From: an uncultured Bacteroidales bacterium
GTDB lineage: Bacteria > Bacteroidota > Bacteroidia > Bacteroidales > UBA932
DNA length: 64,000 nt
Assembly: GCA_900319975.1 (NCBI GenBank)
Contig: ONQP01000003.1
Coordinates: forward strand, 13,257 to 77,256
Direction: 5' to 3'
Shown here: positions 1-10,700 of the stretch, piece after piece
How positions within the stretch are numbered: the first letter of the stretch is position 1
Layout: the number at the start of each line of letters is the position of its first letter
The notes under the pieces: model-generated
What the model was told of the DNA's origin: nothing
The model's database searches: none
Seen by the model: only the letters and a program-made list of their open reading frames with translations
Translations under genes and position numbers: made by a program

Positions 1-2
1 AG

Positions 3-341
3 GCGGACCGGCGCGAGCGGGCGCGGGCGACGATGCGGGCGCTGACGGACTCGCTCCGCGCCGCCGGGCAGGGCCGCGTGCTGGCGGTCGGAGACTTCAA
101 CCAGGACCTGTGGCCGGACGCACCGGGCGGGACGCTGAAGTACAACGGCCGCTGGGAGAAGATCGACGGGCATTTCGCCGAAGGCTTCTCCGCCGTGCGC
201 GAAGAGGTTTTCGCCGACCCGACGCTCCTGCTGCCGGATGCCGCTTTCGGCGGCACCAAGCCGCGCCGCACCTTCGTCGGGCCGCGCTACACGGGCGGAA
301 TCAGCGACCACCTGCCTATTGTCATTATTGCGAAATTTTGA
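3..341 (+). CDS. Endonuclease/exonuclease/phosphatase (EEP) family protein, 3' part (5' end outside window)
   Basis: GDFN, ID..F and terminal SDHLP motifs typical of EEP; frame is open from the window edge. Confidence 0.85.
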   Translation, partial: ADRRERARATMRALTDSLRAAGQGRVLAVGDFNQDLWPDAPGGTLKYNGRWEKIDGHFAEGFSAVREEVFADPTLLLPDAAFGGTKPRRTFVGPRYTGGISDHLPIVIIAKF

Positions 342-381
342 TATTTTTGTGAATACGACAATCAACAAGCATCACATAATT

Positions 382-1530
382 ATGGACATGCAGACCAGAA
401 TCCACGAGAAGTTTCTCGCAACCTACGGCGAGGGCGGCACGATGTACGCCGCCGCCGGCCGCATCAACCTCATCGGCGAGCACACGGACTACAACGGCGG
501 TTATGTCTTCCCCGGAGCCATCGACAAGGGCATCGTGGCCGAGATCAAGCTCAACGGAAGCGACCGTGTCCACCTCCACTCGATGGACTATGACGCCACG
601 ACCTCCTTCGGCCTCAACGAAGAGGACAAGCCCGAAGAGCCCTGGGCCCGCTACGTCTTCGGCGTCTGCCGCGAGACCGCCAAGCGCGGCGGCCGCGTCG
701 CCGGCTTCGACGCCGTCTTCGCGGGCGACGTGCCCCTCGGCGCCGGCCTCTCCTCCTCCGCCGCCCTTGAGAGCTGCTTCGCTTTCGCGCTCAACGACCT
801 CTTCCAGAACGGCATCGACAAGTTCGAGCTCGCCCGGATCGGCCAGAGCACGGAACACAACTACTGCGGCGTGATGTGCGGCATCATGGACCAGTTCGCC
901 TCCTGCTTCGGCAAGGCCGGCAGCCTGATCCGCCTCAACTGCAAGACCCTGGAATACAAATATTTCCCCTTCGACCCGAAGGGCTACCGGCTCGTCCTGG
1001 TGGACTCCTGCGTCAAGCACGAGCTCGCCTCCTCGGCCTACAACTTCCGCCGCCAGAGCTGCGAGCGCGCCGCCGCCGCGATCAAGAAGAACCACCCCGA
1101 GATCGACTTCCTGAGCGACTGCAAGCGCGTCTGGCTGGACGAGGTCCGCGACGAGATCTCCAGCGAAGACTTCATCCGCGCAGAATACGTCATCGGCGAG
1201 GTCCAGCGCGTGCTGGACGTCTGCGACGCCCTGGAGCGCGGCGACTACGAGACCGTCGGCGAAATGATGTACCAGACCCACTTCGGCCTGAGCAAGCTCT
1301 ACGAAGTGAGCTGCGAGGAGCTCGACTTCCTCAACCGCCTGGCCCGCCGCCTCGGCGTCACGGGCTCCCGCGTGATGGGCGGCGGCTTCGGCGGCTGCAC
1401 CATCAATCTCGTCAAGGACGAGCTCTACCTTCCCTTCGTCGCGGCCGCAAAAGCCGAGTTTACGCTCAAATTCGGCCACGCGCCGAAGATCTACGACGTC
1501 GTGATCTCCGACGGTGCCAGACGCCTCTAA
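382..1530 (+). CDS. galK: Galactokinase
   Basis: GRINLIGEHTDYNGG, PLGAGLSSSAA and GSRVMGGGFGGC GHMP motifs; ATG at 382 follows a TATTTTTG box at 342-349. Confidence 0.97.
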   Translation: MDMQTRIHEKFLATYGEGGTMYAAAGRINLIGEHTDYNGGYVFPGAIDKGIVAEIKLNGSDRVHLHSMDYDATTSFGLNEEDKPEEPWARYVFGVCRETAKRGGRVAGFDAVFAGDVPLGAGLSSSAALESCFAFALNDLFQNGIDKFELARIGQSTEHNYCGVMCGIMDQFASCFGKAGSLIRLNCKTLEYKYFPFDPKGYRLVLVDSCVKHELASSAYNFRRQSCERAAAAIKKNHPEIDFLSDCKRVWLDEVRDEISSEDFIRAEYVIGEVQRVLDVCDALERGDYETVGEMMYQTHFGLSKLYEVSCEELDFLNRLARRLGVTGSRVMGGGFGGCTINLVKDELYLPFVAAAKAEFTLKFGHAPKIYDVVISDGARRL

Positions 1531-1549
1531 ATCGGCTTTAAATGACACA

Positions 1550-1584
1550 AAGAAAGGCCCGGACTTCATGCCCGGGCCTTTCTT
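1550..1584. terminator. Bidirectional intrinsic terminator between convergent galK and ppiD-like genes
   Basis: Inverted repeat AAGAAAGGCCCGG / CCGGGCCTTTCTT. Confidence 0.85.
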
Positions 1585-1605
1585 GTATAGAGAAGTGGTT
1601 ATCTG

Positions 1606-3678
1606 CTAGAAGAAGCGCTCGCGATTATCCTTGACGTTGTCATAGTCCTGCATGACGGACGGGATCATCTGGGAGAGGTACTGGGCCTTCTGGAGGGCCA
1701 GGTTCTTGGCGTCGGCCTCGCTGTAGAAGGTACCCGTCTCCTTGTTGGCCACGCGGACCACATAGGTGCCCATGATACCGGCCACCGGAGCGGAGATCTC
1801 ACCCACCTTGCCGGCGGAGATGGCGCCGATCAGCGCCGGCTCCACGTTGGCGGAAGCGAGGGACAGGGCATCACGGTGCTCGATGGCGACACCCAGGCGC
1901 TCGGCGATCTCCTCGAGAGAGGCGGCGCCGGCGATCTGCTCAGCCACCTTGGCGGTGGCGGCAGCCTGCTGCTTGTCGGCGTAGAGGCGCTCGTAGATCT
2001 GGTTGGACACCTTCTGGACCGGGGCGTAACCCTCCTTGTTGACGGCCTTGACGGTAGCCACGAAGAAGAAGTTGTTGTCCACGGTGATGATGTTGGAAGC
2101 CTTGCCGGCCTTGTTGTCGAAAGCCCAGCGGGTCACTTCCTTGGCGTTGTCGATGGCGCCGTAGTTGGCGGTGGCCTCGGTGATGGTCAGCGCGTGGGAA
2201 TAGACCTTGGTGGAGTCGACGGCCTTCTGGTAGCCCTCGTAGGAACCACCGGCGAGGGTGGCGAAGGTGTTGGCCTGGGAATAGTAGCTGTTGAACGTCT
2301 CCTTGCTGGCCAGGGCGGTCTTCTCCATGATGGCGACCTGCTTCTTGACGACCGGCTTGGTCTTGCGGCTCACGAGCACGACGTGGGTGCCGTACTGGGT
2401 CTTGAGCACGTAAGGCTCACCCTCCTTGGCGTCGAAGACACCCTCGAAGCCCGGGATCATATAGCTCTGGGTCATCCAGCCGATGCCGCCCAGCTCGCCG
2501 TCGGTCGCGGAGGCCTGGTCGAGGGAATAGGAAGCGACGAGGTTGGCGAAGTTGCCACCCTTCTTGATGACCGTCACAAGGCTGTCAGCCGTCTTGTCGG
2601 CGGCGTCGCCCTGCAGGAGGATATGCTTGACGAAAACGGAGTCCGGCATCATCTTGCTGGCCACCTCGCGGGCGGCGAAGAAGCTGTTGCCGTCGGCAAC
2701 GATCTCGGTGACCTTGGCACCGTCAAAGATCTGCTTGTCGATCTCGGCGTTGACCGTGCGGAGCTCGCCGGCCTTGTACCAGTAGTTGTCGAGGTTGCGC
2801 TCGGAGTTCTTCAGCAGGAAGGTGCGGAGGTTGTCGGTCGTGGCGAACTCGTCGTAGGCAGCGGAGATGGCCTCGCTGGTCGCGGCCACGTCGGCGGCGG
2901 ACGGAACCACCTCGAAGACGACATACTCGATCTCGCGGTTGGCGCGCTGCTTGAAGAAGTCCTTGTGCTGCTTGTAGAAGGCGCGGACCTCATCGTCGGA
3001 GACGGTGATGGTGCTGTCGCGGCCCACCGGGTAGTTCACCAGGCAGTAGTCCACGTCGGCGGTGGTGTTGCCCTCGGCGACGGCCTGGGCAAGCTGCAGG
3101 GCGTTGTCGCTGCCGCTGGCGGTGAACAGGGCGCCGTACTTGGCATAATACTGCTGGTTGTGGGCCGTGTTCTGGATGTAGTTCCAGTAGGTGCGGAGCT
3201 GACCGCTCTCGTCGCTCTCGACGTTGTCGACGAACGCACGCACGCGGTCGACGGAGAACTGGCCGTTCTCATCCATGAACAGCGCGTTCTGGGCCAGGGC
3301 CGGAGAAAGGACCTCGCCGCTCATCACGGCCTTCATCTCGTCCTTGCCGACGGTGATGCCCGCCTCCTTGGCGTTCTTGACGAACATGTATTTGTCAAGA
3401 AGCTCCTGCCAGGCGGCGTTGCGGATCTGCTTCTGGCTTTCCGCACCGCGGCCGGCGCCGAGGAGTTCGTTGATGGTGGTGTAACGGTCGATGTCCGCCT
3501 GGAAATCCGAATAGGAAATGTTCTTGCCGGCGATCTGACCGACGTCATACTTGGACGACATCGAGTTGAGCGCCGAATCCAGGGTGCCCGGATCGATAAT
3601 GAAGGAAAGGAGGGCCAGCGCGATGATGATGGAGATCACGAGACCGAACTTAACGCGTATTTTTTCAAGTACCGCCAT
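1606..3678 (-). CDS. ppiD: PpiD-like membrane-anchored periplasmic chaperone / parvulin peptidylprolyl isomerase with SurA N-terminal domain
   Basis: MAVLEKIR plus N-terminal TM helix; parvulin motifs VKHILL, YSLD, GGIGW, TQYGTHVV. Confidence 0.88.
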   Translation of the reverse strand: MAVLEKIRVKFGLVISIIIALALLSFIIDPGTLDSALNSMSSKYDVGQIAGKNISYSDFQADIDRYTTINELLGAGRGAESQKQIRNAAWQELLDKYMFVKNAKEAGITVGKDEMKAVMSGEVLSPALAQNALFMDENGQFSVDRVRAFVDNVESDESGQLRTYWNYIQNTAHNQQYYAKYGALFTASGSDNALQLAQAVAEGNTTADVDYCLVNYPVGRDSTITVSDDEVRAFYKQHKDFFKQRANREIEYVVFEVVPSAADVAATSEAISAAYDEFATTDNLRTFLLKNSERNLDNYWYKAGELRTVNAEIDKQIFDGAKVTEIVADGNSFFAAREVASKMMPDSVFVKHILLQGDAADKTADSLVTVIKKGGNFANLVASYSLDQASATDGELGGIGWMTQSYMIPGFEGVFDAKEGEPYVLKTQYGTHVVLVSRKTKPVVKKQVAIMEKTALASKETFNSYYSQANTFATLAGGSYEGYQKAVDSTKVYSHALTITEATANYGAIDNAKEVTRWAFDNKAGKASNIITVDNNFFFVATVKAVNKEGYAPVQKVSNQIYERLYADKQQAAATAKVAEQIAGAASLEEIAERLGVAIEHRDALSLASANVEPALIGAISAGKVGEISAPVAGIMGTYVVRVANKETGTFYSEADAKNLALQKAQYLSQMIPSVMQDYDNVKDNRERFF

Positions 3679-3726
3679 AATAGTTATTTATTTTTTAAAT
3701 TTTCCGATAAGGGGCTGCGAAGATAG

Positions 3727-4332
3727 TTATTTTTTTGGAAACGGCCCAATAAAATTCACAGAATCAATGATAACGGCCGTGCTGTCCTGGACCACCACCC
3801 CGTATCCGTCGAAGGGGCGGTACAGGATGGAATTGCGCACATGGTCGTCCGAGCGCATTCCGAAGCCCTGCAGGAAGCCCTGCGGGGAATAGATCTTGAC
3901 ATAACAGTCCGTATAGAGTTCCTTTTTGGCCTGGTCCCAGTAGATGGTGTCCGTCTCCATCGTCTCCTGCTCGATGACGTTGTGCATGATGACGTTGCCG
4001 AAGGCTTCCCAGATCTCATCCTTCTTGCGGTCCTTGGGCACGATGTGCCGGGCGTTGTCCGCCACGATGACGGATTCGAGCAGCCCTTCCTGCGTGTAGC
4101 CGAAGACCGACAGCCCTTCCGGGAACGTGTCGAACGAGGCCGAATCCGTGTCGAAATGCTCCATCAGCGCCGACTCCAGCCGCATCGACACGTGGCCGTT
4201 CTGGGTCTGGACGGCAAACATGTCGAAGGTCCGCTGGGTGGGCGTGTGTTCGAGATCCAGGCGGTCCGCCTCGCCGATCTGTCCCCGGCAAGAAACGACA
4301 ATGCTGGCAACCACAAAAGTGATTGCCAGCAT
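3727..4332 (-). CDS. lptC: LPS export ABC transporter periplasmic protein LptC (start approximate)
   Basis: FPEGL, WEAFGNV, TDTIYWDQ, GFGMRSD match Bacteroidetes LptC; usual coaX-OMP-TPR-lptC-ppiD context. Confidence 0.85.
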   Translation of the reverse strand: MLAITFVVASIVVSCRGQIGEADRLDLEHTPTQRTFDMFAVQTQNGHVSMRLESALMEHFDTDSASFDTFPEGLSVFGYTQEGLLESVIVADNARHIVPKDRKKDEIWEAFGNVIMHNVIEQETMETDTIYWDQAKKELYTDCYVKIYSPQGFLQGFGMRSDDHVRNSILYRPFDGYGVVVQDSTAVIIDSVNFIGPFPKK

Positions 4333-4360
4333 GTTGGGTCTATTGATCCGTGTGCCCAAA

Positions 4361-5677
4361 TTATCTGAGGCGCACCGTCGTGGTGGCACGCAGGCCGCCA
4401 CAGACGACCGTGTAGGACTGACCCTTGACGACGTCGTACATGAACGCATCTTCGCCGGCCGGGAAGTACACGCTGTACTGGCTGATGTAACGGTTGGCCT
4501 CGTCAGTGAGGGAAGGATCCGCAGCCTTGGCCTTGTTCATGTAGTCACAGGCCACCCAGTATTGAGCGCGTTTGGCGACCTCGTCGCCACCGCAGCGGAC
4601 GGCTGCCCAGATGTTGCCCATCAGGAAGTAGGCCTTGCCGGCCAGGGACTCCGTCTCGGCGGCCTTGGAGGCGAACTCGAAGGCGCGGGCGTTCTCGCCG
4701 TTCTTGAAGCAGAACTTGGCGGCGTCGAAGGTCCAGTCGGCCTTGGTGGCGGCATCGACATCCTCGCCGGCCAGGGCGCTCTCAATATAGGAGATGGCTT
4801 CCTTGACGTTGCCGCGGGCGCCGTGCAGGCGATACAGATAGTAGGACGTGCTGGAAGAAGGATCCATCTTGTTCATCAGGGTGACGGCCTGCAGGAAGAG
4901 GTCGTTGCCGTCGCAGTTCTCGGCCATGCGCATCGTCTTGGCGATGCTCTGGGCGAGCTGGAGGTTCTCCGGATCGGCGGCCAGACGGGGAGTATAGAGC
5001 TCGATGAGGGTCTCGCAGTCCGCGACCTTGCTGGAAGCGAAGAGGCTGCCCATGTCGTTCTTGATGTTGGCCATCTGCTCCTTGTCGGCATCAGCCACGT
5101 TGATCTTCTCGAAGATCTCGGTGTTGCGCTGATAGACGTTGATCACCTTCTCGGCGTCGATCTTGCCGTCCTGATAGAGGTTGACGGCAGCCTGCAGGTC
5201 ATAAAGCAGGATGGTCGGAAGGACCTGCTCCTGGTTGTTCTCGATAATGCCCTCGTAGCCGTCGAAAAGCATCTGCGGATTGTCCTTGACGAAGCTGTGG
5301 AGGTCCTGACCCTTGGTGTTGAGGGCCCTGACGGCGTACTTGGGATAGTACTGGACACGGGTGTCGTGCAGGGTCATGATGGAGTCGACCAGGGCCTTGC
5401 GGTACTCGGGGTTGCGGGCGTTCTTGTTGACAAGGCGACGGAGCAGCGTGGTGCCGTCGATGAGCATCTGCTGGCTGGCCGTAGGCGGGCAGTATTTATA
5501 GGCGTTTCTCCAGGAAGGGAGCGCCTCGTCCAACTGCTTGGCCTTGACATATTCCGAGTAGAAGGAAAGGTTGGTGACACATTTGACGCTATCCGGACCG
5601 TACTTGCCCTGGGCGAACGCATTGTCGCCCAGCACTACGCCGGAAACAAACAAAAAGACAAGGATTAACTTTTTCAT
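4361..5677 (-). CDS. Conserved Bacteroidetes secreted TPR-like protein
   Basis: Signal peptide, helical Ala/Tyr-rich repeats, C-terminal YWVACD..KAK..DPS and YFP..EDAF motifs. Confidence 0.8.
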   Translation of the reverse strand: MKKLILVFLFVSGVVLGDNAFAQGKYGPDSVKCVTNLSFYSEYVKAKQLDEALPSWRNAYKYCPPTASQQMLIDGTTLLRRLVNKNARNPEYRKALVDSIMTLHDTRVQYYPKYAVRALNTKGQDLHSFVKDNPQMLFDGYEGIIENNQEQVLPTILLYDLQAAVNLYQDGKIDAEKVINVYQRNTEIFEKINVADADKEQMANIKNDMGSLFASSKVADCETLIELYTPRLAADPENLQLAQSIAKTMRMAENCDGNDLFLQAVTLMNKMDPSSSTSYYLYRLHGARGNVKEAISYIESALAGEDVDAATKADWTFDAAKFCFKNGENARAFEFASKAAETESLAGKAYFLMGNIWAAVRCGGDEVAKRAQYWVACDYMNKAKAADPSLTDEANRYISQYSVYFPAGEDAFMYDVVKGQSYTVVCGGLRATTTVRLR

Positions 5678-5696
5678 ATCGCTACAGTTTTATATA

Positions 5697-7007
5697 TTAA
5701 TCATATTGGTGTTTGCGGAACCAGATGTCGAAGAGGTTGAATCCGACCGAGAAATTGATGTATCGCTCGCGGATCATCTCTCCGCCCAGGTTGCCCCGCT
5801 GGCCGAAGTCCACGCCCAGCGTGAGGCCGTTGTAGCCGTTGACGATCGGCAGGGTGACGCCCAGGGTGATGCCGGTCGAGGTGACCGGGCTGCCGTTCAG
5901 CAGATAGTATTCTTTCTTATGGTACGCGCCTGCGCGATAGGCGACGTGATTCATGTAATAGCGGATGTCGTTGCGGTTCGGGACGATCTCGAAGCCGGCG
6001 CGGTAGGTCTCGGTCGTGGAGGCGGAGAAGGCCTTGCTGGCCGTAAAGCCGCGGGCGCCGTCCAGGCCGCACTTGCTCCAGTCGGAGCGGGAATAGTCGA
6101 AGGACGCGGACCAGCGGCCCTTCTCCTGGAAGGTGACGCCGACGGCGAACTCGCTGGCGAGCTGCACCTTGCTGTCCACGCCGAGCGTCTCCAGCTTGTA
6201 GAAGAGCGTGTCGGCGGCGGCGGTGCCGCCAGAATAGCGGAACGACTCCATCGTGCCGGACAGGGTGGCGGCGGTGGTGTAGGTGGCGCCGAGCGTCAGG
6301 GAGTGCTTGCCGCCGAGCGGCTGCTCGTACTGGACGCCGAACTTGAAGTTGTTGCCGGTGATCTGGCCCTTCGAGCCGTTGCGGATGCTGTTGTAGGATG
6401 CGTCGTTGAACTCCGTGTAGAAGTTCTTCTCGATCATGCCGAAGTAGGTGTTCCACTGGGCACCGACGGAGACGCGCTTGAAGAAGGTCATGCCGGCGGC
6501 GGCGAAAGCCTTGTAGATGCTGCCCTTGCCGGTGGCGGAGTAGTTGATGTTGCCCGTCTGGCCGATCACTTCAGGATCCGTGTAATCGAAACTGTAGCCG
6601 AATCCCGTGTCGCTGAAAGGCATGATGCCCACCATCATGGCCGCATTGTGCCAGAGCGGGAAGGACATCGCCAGGTTGTTGATGTTGAACGTGTTGCTGG
6701 CAGACTTGATACCCTCCTGGCGGAAGATCTTGTTGTCGTTGTACAACGAGAAATCGGCCATGAAGGCAAGGCTGTCGCGCGCCGTGACGGCGGCGGGGTT
6801 CAGCAGGTTGAGGTAGCGGTTGTTGCGCAGGGCCACGCCGACGCCGCCCATCGTCTTGCTGTAGGCGGAGCCCGGCTGGCTCAGGTCACCTACTCCGTAG
6901 ATGGAGTACGGCGTATAGGTACCCGCCGCCTGGCCATGTGCGGTAAGTGTAGCGCACGCAGCCAGCAGGGCGGTCAGAAACCATCTATTTAAGATTCTTC
7001 TTGACAT
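5697..7007 (-). CDS. Outer-membrane beta-barrel protein (FadL/PorV-like, conserved Bacteroidetes family)
   Basis: Signal peptide; TPYSIYGVGD, MGGVG, NPAA motifs; amphipathic strands; C-terminal WF. Confidence 0.8.
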   Translation of the reverse strand: MSRRILNRWFLTALLAACATLTAHGQAAGTYTPYSIYGVGDLSQPGSAYSKTMGGVGVALRNNRYLNLLNPAAVTARDSLAFMADFSLYNDNKIFRQEGIKSASNTFNINNLAMSFPLWHNAAMMVGIMPFSDTGFGYSFDYTDPEVIGQTGNINYSATGKGSIYKAFAAAGMTFFKRVSVGAQWNTYFGMIEKNFYTEFNDASYNSIRNGSKGQITGNNFKFGVQYEQPLGGKHSLTLGATYTTAATLSGTMESFRYSGGTAAADTLFYKLETLGVDSKVQLASEFAVGVTFQEKGRWSASFDYSRSDWSKCGLDGARGFTASKAFSASTTETYRAGFEIVPNRNDIRYYMNHVAYRAGAYHKKEYYLLNGSPVTSTGITLGVTLPIVNGYNGLTLGVDFGQRGNLGGEMIRERYINFSVGFNLFDIWFRKHQYD

Positions 7008-7713
7008 AGTCGTCAGTTATCAATGCAAGGCCCATCAAAACCAGATTGGAAACCACAAATATCGAGTTTTTCATCTTCTTGGCAAAATAATTTGCATCTC
7101 CACCCGTGAAAATCACGATATTCTCTGGCCGGAGCCTGGTGTAACCTTCAATTTCAAACATTATGCCCGAAATCACGCCGGACGCGATCGACGCCTGGAC
7201 GGAGTGTCCTTCCGGCTCCGTTTCCTCGGGCGTGTTTACCAGCGGGAGCGACTTGGAATAGCGTTCGAGGGCCTTGAACCGGGTCCTGCATCCCAACGAA
7301 ATATTTCCGCCCAGATACTCGCCTTCGCGGCTCAAAAAGTCGACCGTGAGGGTCGTGCCGAAGTCGAAGACGGTCACCGGCTTGTCCTTGAACAGAAATC
7401 CGGCGGCGACAAGCTCCGCGGCCCGGTCATAGGACAGGTATTCCGGAAATTTCCGGCTCGAAAGCAGGTCGGTGTGGGCGCCGTCCAGGATCAGGAGTTC
7501 GCCGCAGCGGGAGCGCAGCAGCGCCTCCTCTTCGGCGGACACCCCGAAGGCGGACGCGACCGTCAGCACTTCGGGACGCTCCTTGTCCAGGAGCGAAAGC
7601 AGATAGTCCATCATCCGCTCGCCCTGGTACCGGAAGGTCTTGCCCAATGTCGTACCCTCGGCCCACGCGGCTTTGAGTGCGGTGTTTCCTGCTTCTACCA
7701 GTAAATTTGGCAT
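6985..7713 (-). CDS. coaX: Type III pantothenate kinase (divergent)
   Basis: (E)AGNT, YDR, DFGT, GGNIS.G, FTGGD and NLVLMGL motifs; ATG 7713 follows a TATATTTG box. Confidence 0.88.
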   Translation of the reverse strand: MPNLLVEAGNTALKAAWAEGTTLGKTFRYQGERMMDYLLSLLDKERPEVLTVASAFGVSAEEEALLRSRCGELLILDGAHTDLLSSRKFPEYLSYDRAAELVAAGFLFKDKPVTVFDFGTTLTVDFLSREGEYLGGNISLGCRTRFKALERYSKSLPLVNTPEETEPEGHSVQASIASGVISGIMFEIEGYTRLRPENIVIFTGGDANYFAKKMKNSIFVVSNLVLMGLALITDDYVKKNLK

Positions 7714-7733
7714 AACTCGCAAATATACGAATT

Positions 7734-10700
7734 TTATCGTAATTTGCTCAAAACCGTACGTGCTTCCTTCAGCGAAGGAACGTTACGCACCACGATCTTG
7801 AGTTTGTTTTCCGTCTGCTTGAGCTCGTAGCGCGGCATTCCGGCCGTCTTTTCAAGGATGGTCGCAAACGTGTCGGACTTGTAGTAGGGCGACATCGGAT
7901 TGGCGATGAAGAAGGCGATCAGCAGGCCGTTCTTGACGATGACCTTCTCGAAGCCGAGCGCGGCGCCGAGGTTGCGGATCTTGACGACCTCGAAGAGGTT
8001 CTCCAGCTCCGCGGGGAGGGCGCCGAAGCGGTCGGCGAGCATGTTGGCATAACGGTCGATTTCCTTGTCGGAAGACATCGCGTCGATGGTCCGGTAGATG
8101 CGGATCTTCTCGGCCGTGACGTCGATGTAGTCGTCGGAGATGAGTGCCGGCTGGTCGGTCTCTATCGTGCATTCCGTCACGAACTTGCCGCGGTCGTTGC
8201 GGGCCACGATGCCCGTCTCCACGCCCAGTTCCTCCATCGCCTCGGCGAGGATCTTCTGGTAGGTCTCGAAGCCCATGTCCGTGATGAAGCCGCTCTGCTC
8301 GGCGCCCAGCAGGTTGCCGGCGCCGCGGATGTCGAGGTCCTGCATCGCGATGTTGAAGCCGCTGCCCAGGTCGGAGAATTCCTCGATGGCCTTGAGGCGC
8401 CGGCGCGCGTCGTCGGTGATGCTCACCAGCGGCGGGACGATCAGGTAGCAGAACGCCTTCTTGTTGGAGCGGCCGACGCGACCGCGCAACTGGTGCAGGT
8501 CGCTCAGGCCGAAATTCTGCGCCTGGTTGATCAGGATCGTATTGGCGTTCGGGATGTCCAGGCCGTTCTCGATCAGGGTGGTGCAGAGCATCATGTCGTA
8601 GTCGCCGCGCATGAAGTCCAGCATCTTGCCCTCCAGCTCCTTGGCCTCCATCTGGCCGTGCGCCACGCAGATCTTCATGTCCGGGATCAGGCGGTGCAGG
8701 ATGTCGTGGATGGCCGGCAGTTCTTCGACCTTGTTGTGCAGGAAGAAGACCTGTCCACCGCGGTTCAGCTCGTAGTTGACGATGCTCCGGATCTCCTTCT
8801 CGTCGAAGAGGATGATCTCCGTCTGCACCGGGATGCGGTTGGGCGGCGGGGTGTTGATGATGCTCAGGTCGCGGGCGCCCAGCAGCGAGAACTGCAGGGT
8901 GCGCGGGATCGGGGTGGCCGTGAGCGTGAGCGTGTCCACGGACGCCTTCAGCGTGCGCAGCTTCTCCTTGGCGGCCACGCCGAATTTCTGCTCCTCGTCG
9001 ATGATCAGCAGGCCCAGGTCCTTGAAGGCGAAGTCCTTGCTGAGGATCTTGTGCGTGCCTATCAGCACGTCGATCTGCCCGGCGGCGAGACGCTTCTTGA
9101 TGTCGGCGATCTCCTTGGCCGTGCGCAGCCGGCTGACGTAGTCGATGTTGCAGGGAAGGTTCTGCAGACGGTTCTTGAACGTGTTGAAATGCTGCAGCGC
9201 GAGGATGGTGGTCGGCACGAGCACGGCCACCTGCTTGCTGTCGCAGACGGCCTTGAAGGCCGCCCGGACGGCGATTTCCGTCTTGCCGAAGCCTACGTCG
9301 CCGCAGATCAGGCGGTCCATCGGACAGGTGTCCTCCATGTCCCGCTTGACGGCCGCGGTGGCCGTCTCCTGATCGGGCGTGTCCTCATACATAAACGAAG
9401 ATTCCAGCTCTTCCTGCAGGTAGGTGTCGGCCGAGAAGGCGAAGCCCTTCGAGGCACGCCGCTTCGCGTACAGCTGGATGAGGTCCTTGGCGATGTCCTT
9501 GACCTTGGACTTGGCGTTGGATTTCAGGGTGACCCAGGACTTGGAGCCCAGCTTGTTGATGCGCGGGGCCTCCCCGTCCCGGGAACGGAAACGGGAGATC
9601 TTGTGCAGCGCATGCACCGACACGAACACTACGTCGCCGTCCTTGTAGGTGATCTTGACGACCTCGCGCATACGGCCGAAGTCGTCGCGCAGCCGCACCA
9701 GGCCGCCGAACACGCCCACGCCGTGGTCGATGTGCACGACGTAGTCGCCGATGTTGAAGGAGTTCAAGTCGTTGACCGTCAGCTGCTCGCTCTTCTCCAC
9801 CGTGCGCCGCAGGGCGACGCGGTGGAAACGGTCGAAGATCTCGTGGTCGGAATAGCAGCAGACCTTGTCCTGGGCGTCGATGAAGCCGTTGTGGATGTTC
9901 TTGCCGGACACGAATTCGGGCAGCAGGCCGCCGTTCTGCGACAGGATGGAGCGGACGCGCTCGAGCTGCTGCTCCTTCTCGCCGTAGATCAGGACGCGGT
10001 AGCCGTTCTCCAGATGCTTGCGGATGTCCTCCGTCAGGAGTTCGAAATTCTTGTTGAAGGTCGGCTGCGGCGAAATCTGGAAATAGACGAAATCGTCGCC
10101 CGCATACGACAGGGGAGCGTCGATGTAGACGCGGCGGAACTTCTCGAGTGCCGGGAAGAAGGATTCCCGGAAATACATGTCGGAAGAGTCCAGCCACAGG
10201 AGGCTGTCTTTGGGGAACAGGTCGGAAAGGGGCTGTCCCTGCACTTCGCCGCCACCGACTACGTCGGAAATGATCTCGGCGGCGGATACCTTGTCCTTGG
10301 AGAGCTGCGTGTTGCAGTCGAAGGAATGGATGCTTTCTATCTCATTGCCCCAGAAGGAGATGCGGAAAGGAAAATTCTCCGAGAAGGAGAAGATGTCCAC
10401 GATGGAGCCGCGGATGGCGTACTGGCCCGGCGCAGAGACGAAGTCCACCTTCTCGAAGCCGCGGCCGGAGAGCGTCTTGATAATGTCGGCATGCGAGATC
10501 TCCTGTCCTTCCTGGATGCGGAAGACGGATTCCCTGATGGTCTGGGTGGTGGGAATCTCCTCCGCCAGCGCCTCGGGATAAGTCACTATGACGAGCAGGT
10601 CCCGGCCGGCTTCCAGCAGCTTGCCGATGGCGGCGGTGCGCTGCACGCCGAGCGAAGACTTGTAGTTGCTCCGCTCCACGCTGCGGCCCGATTCGGGCAG

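Noticed and set aside
238-381. Longer upstream starts in the ORF track (galK 238, lptC 4449, GH26 33760, epimerase 36893, esterases 43566 and 48474)
   Set aside because: They overlap neighbouring genes, terminators or promoter boxes; downstream ATGs give proper N-termini or signal peptides.
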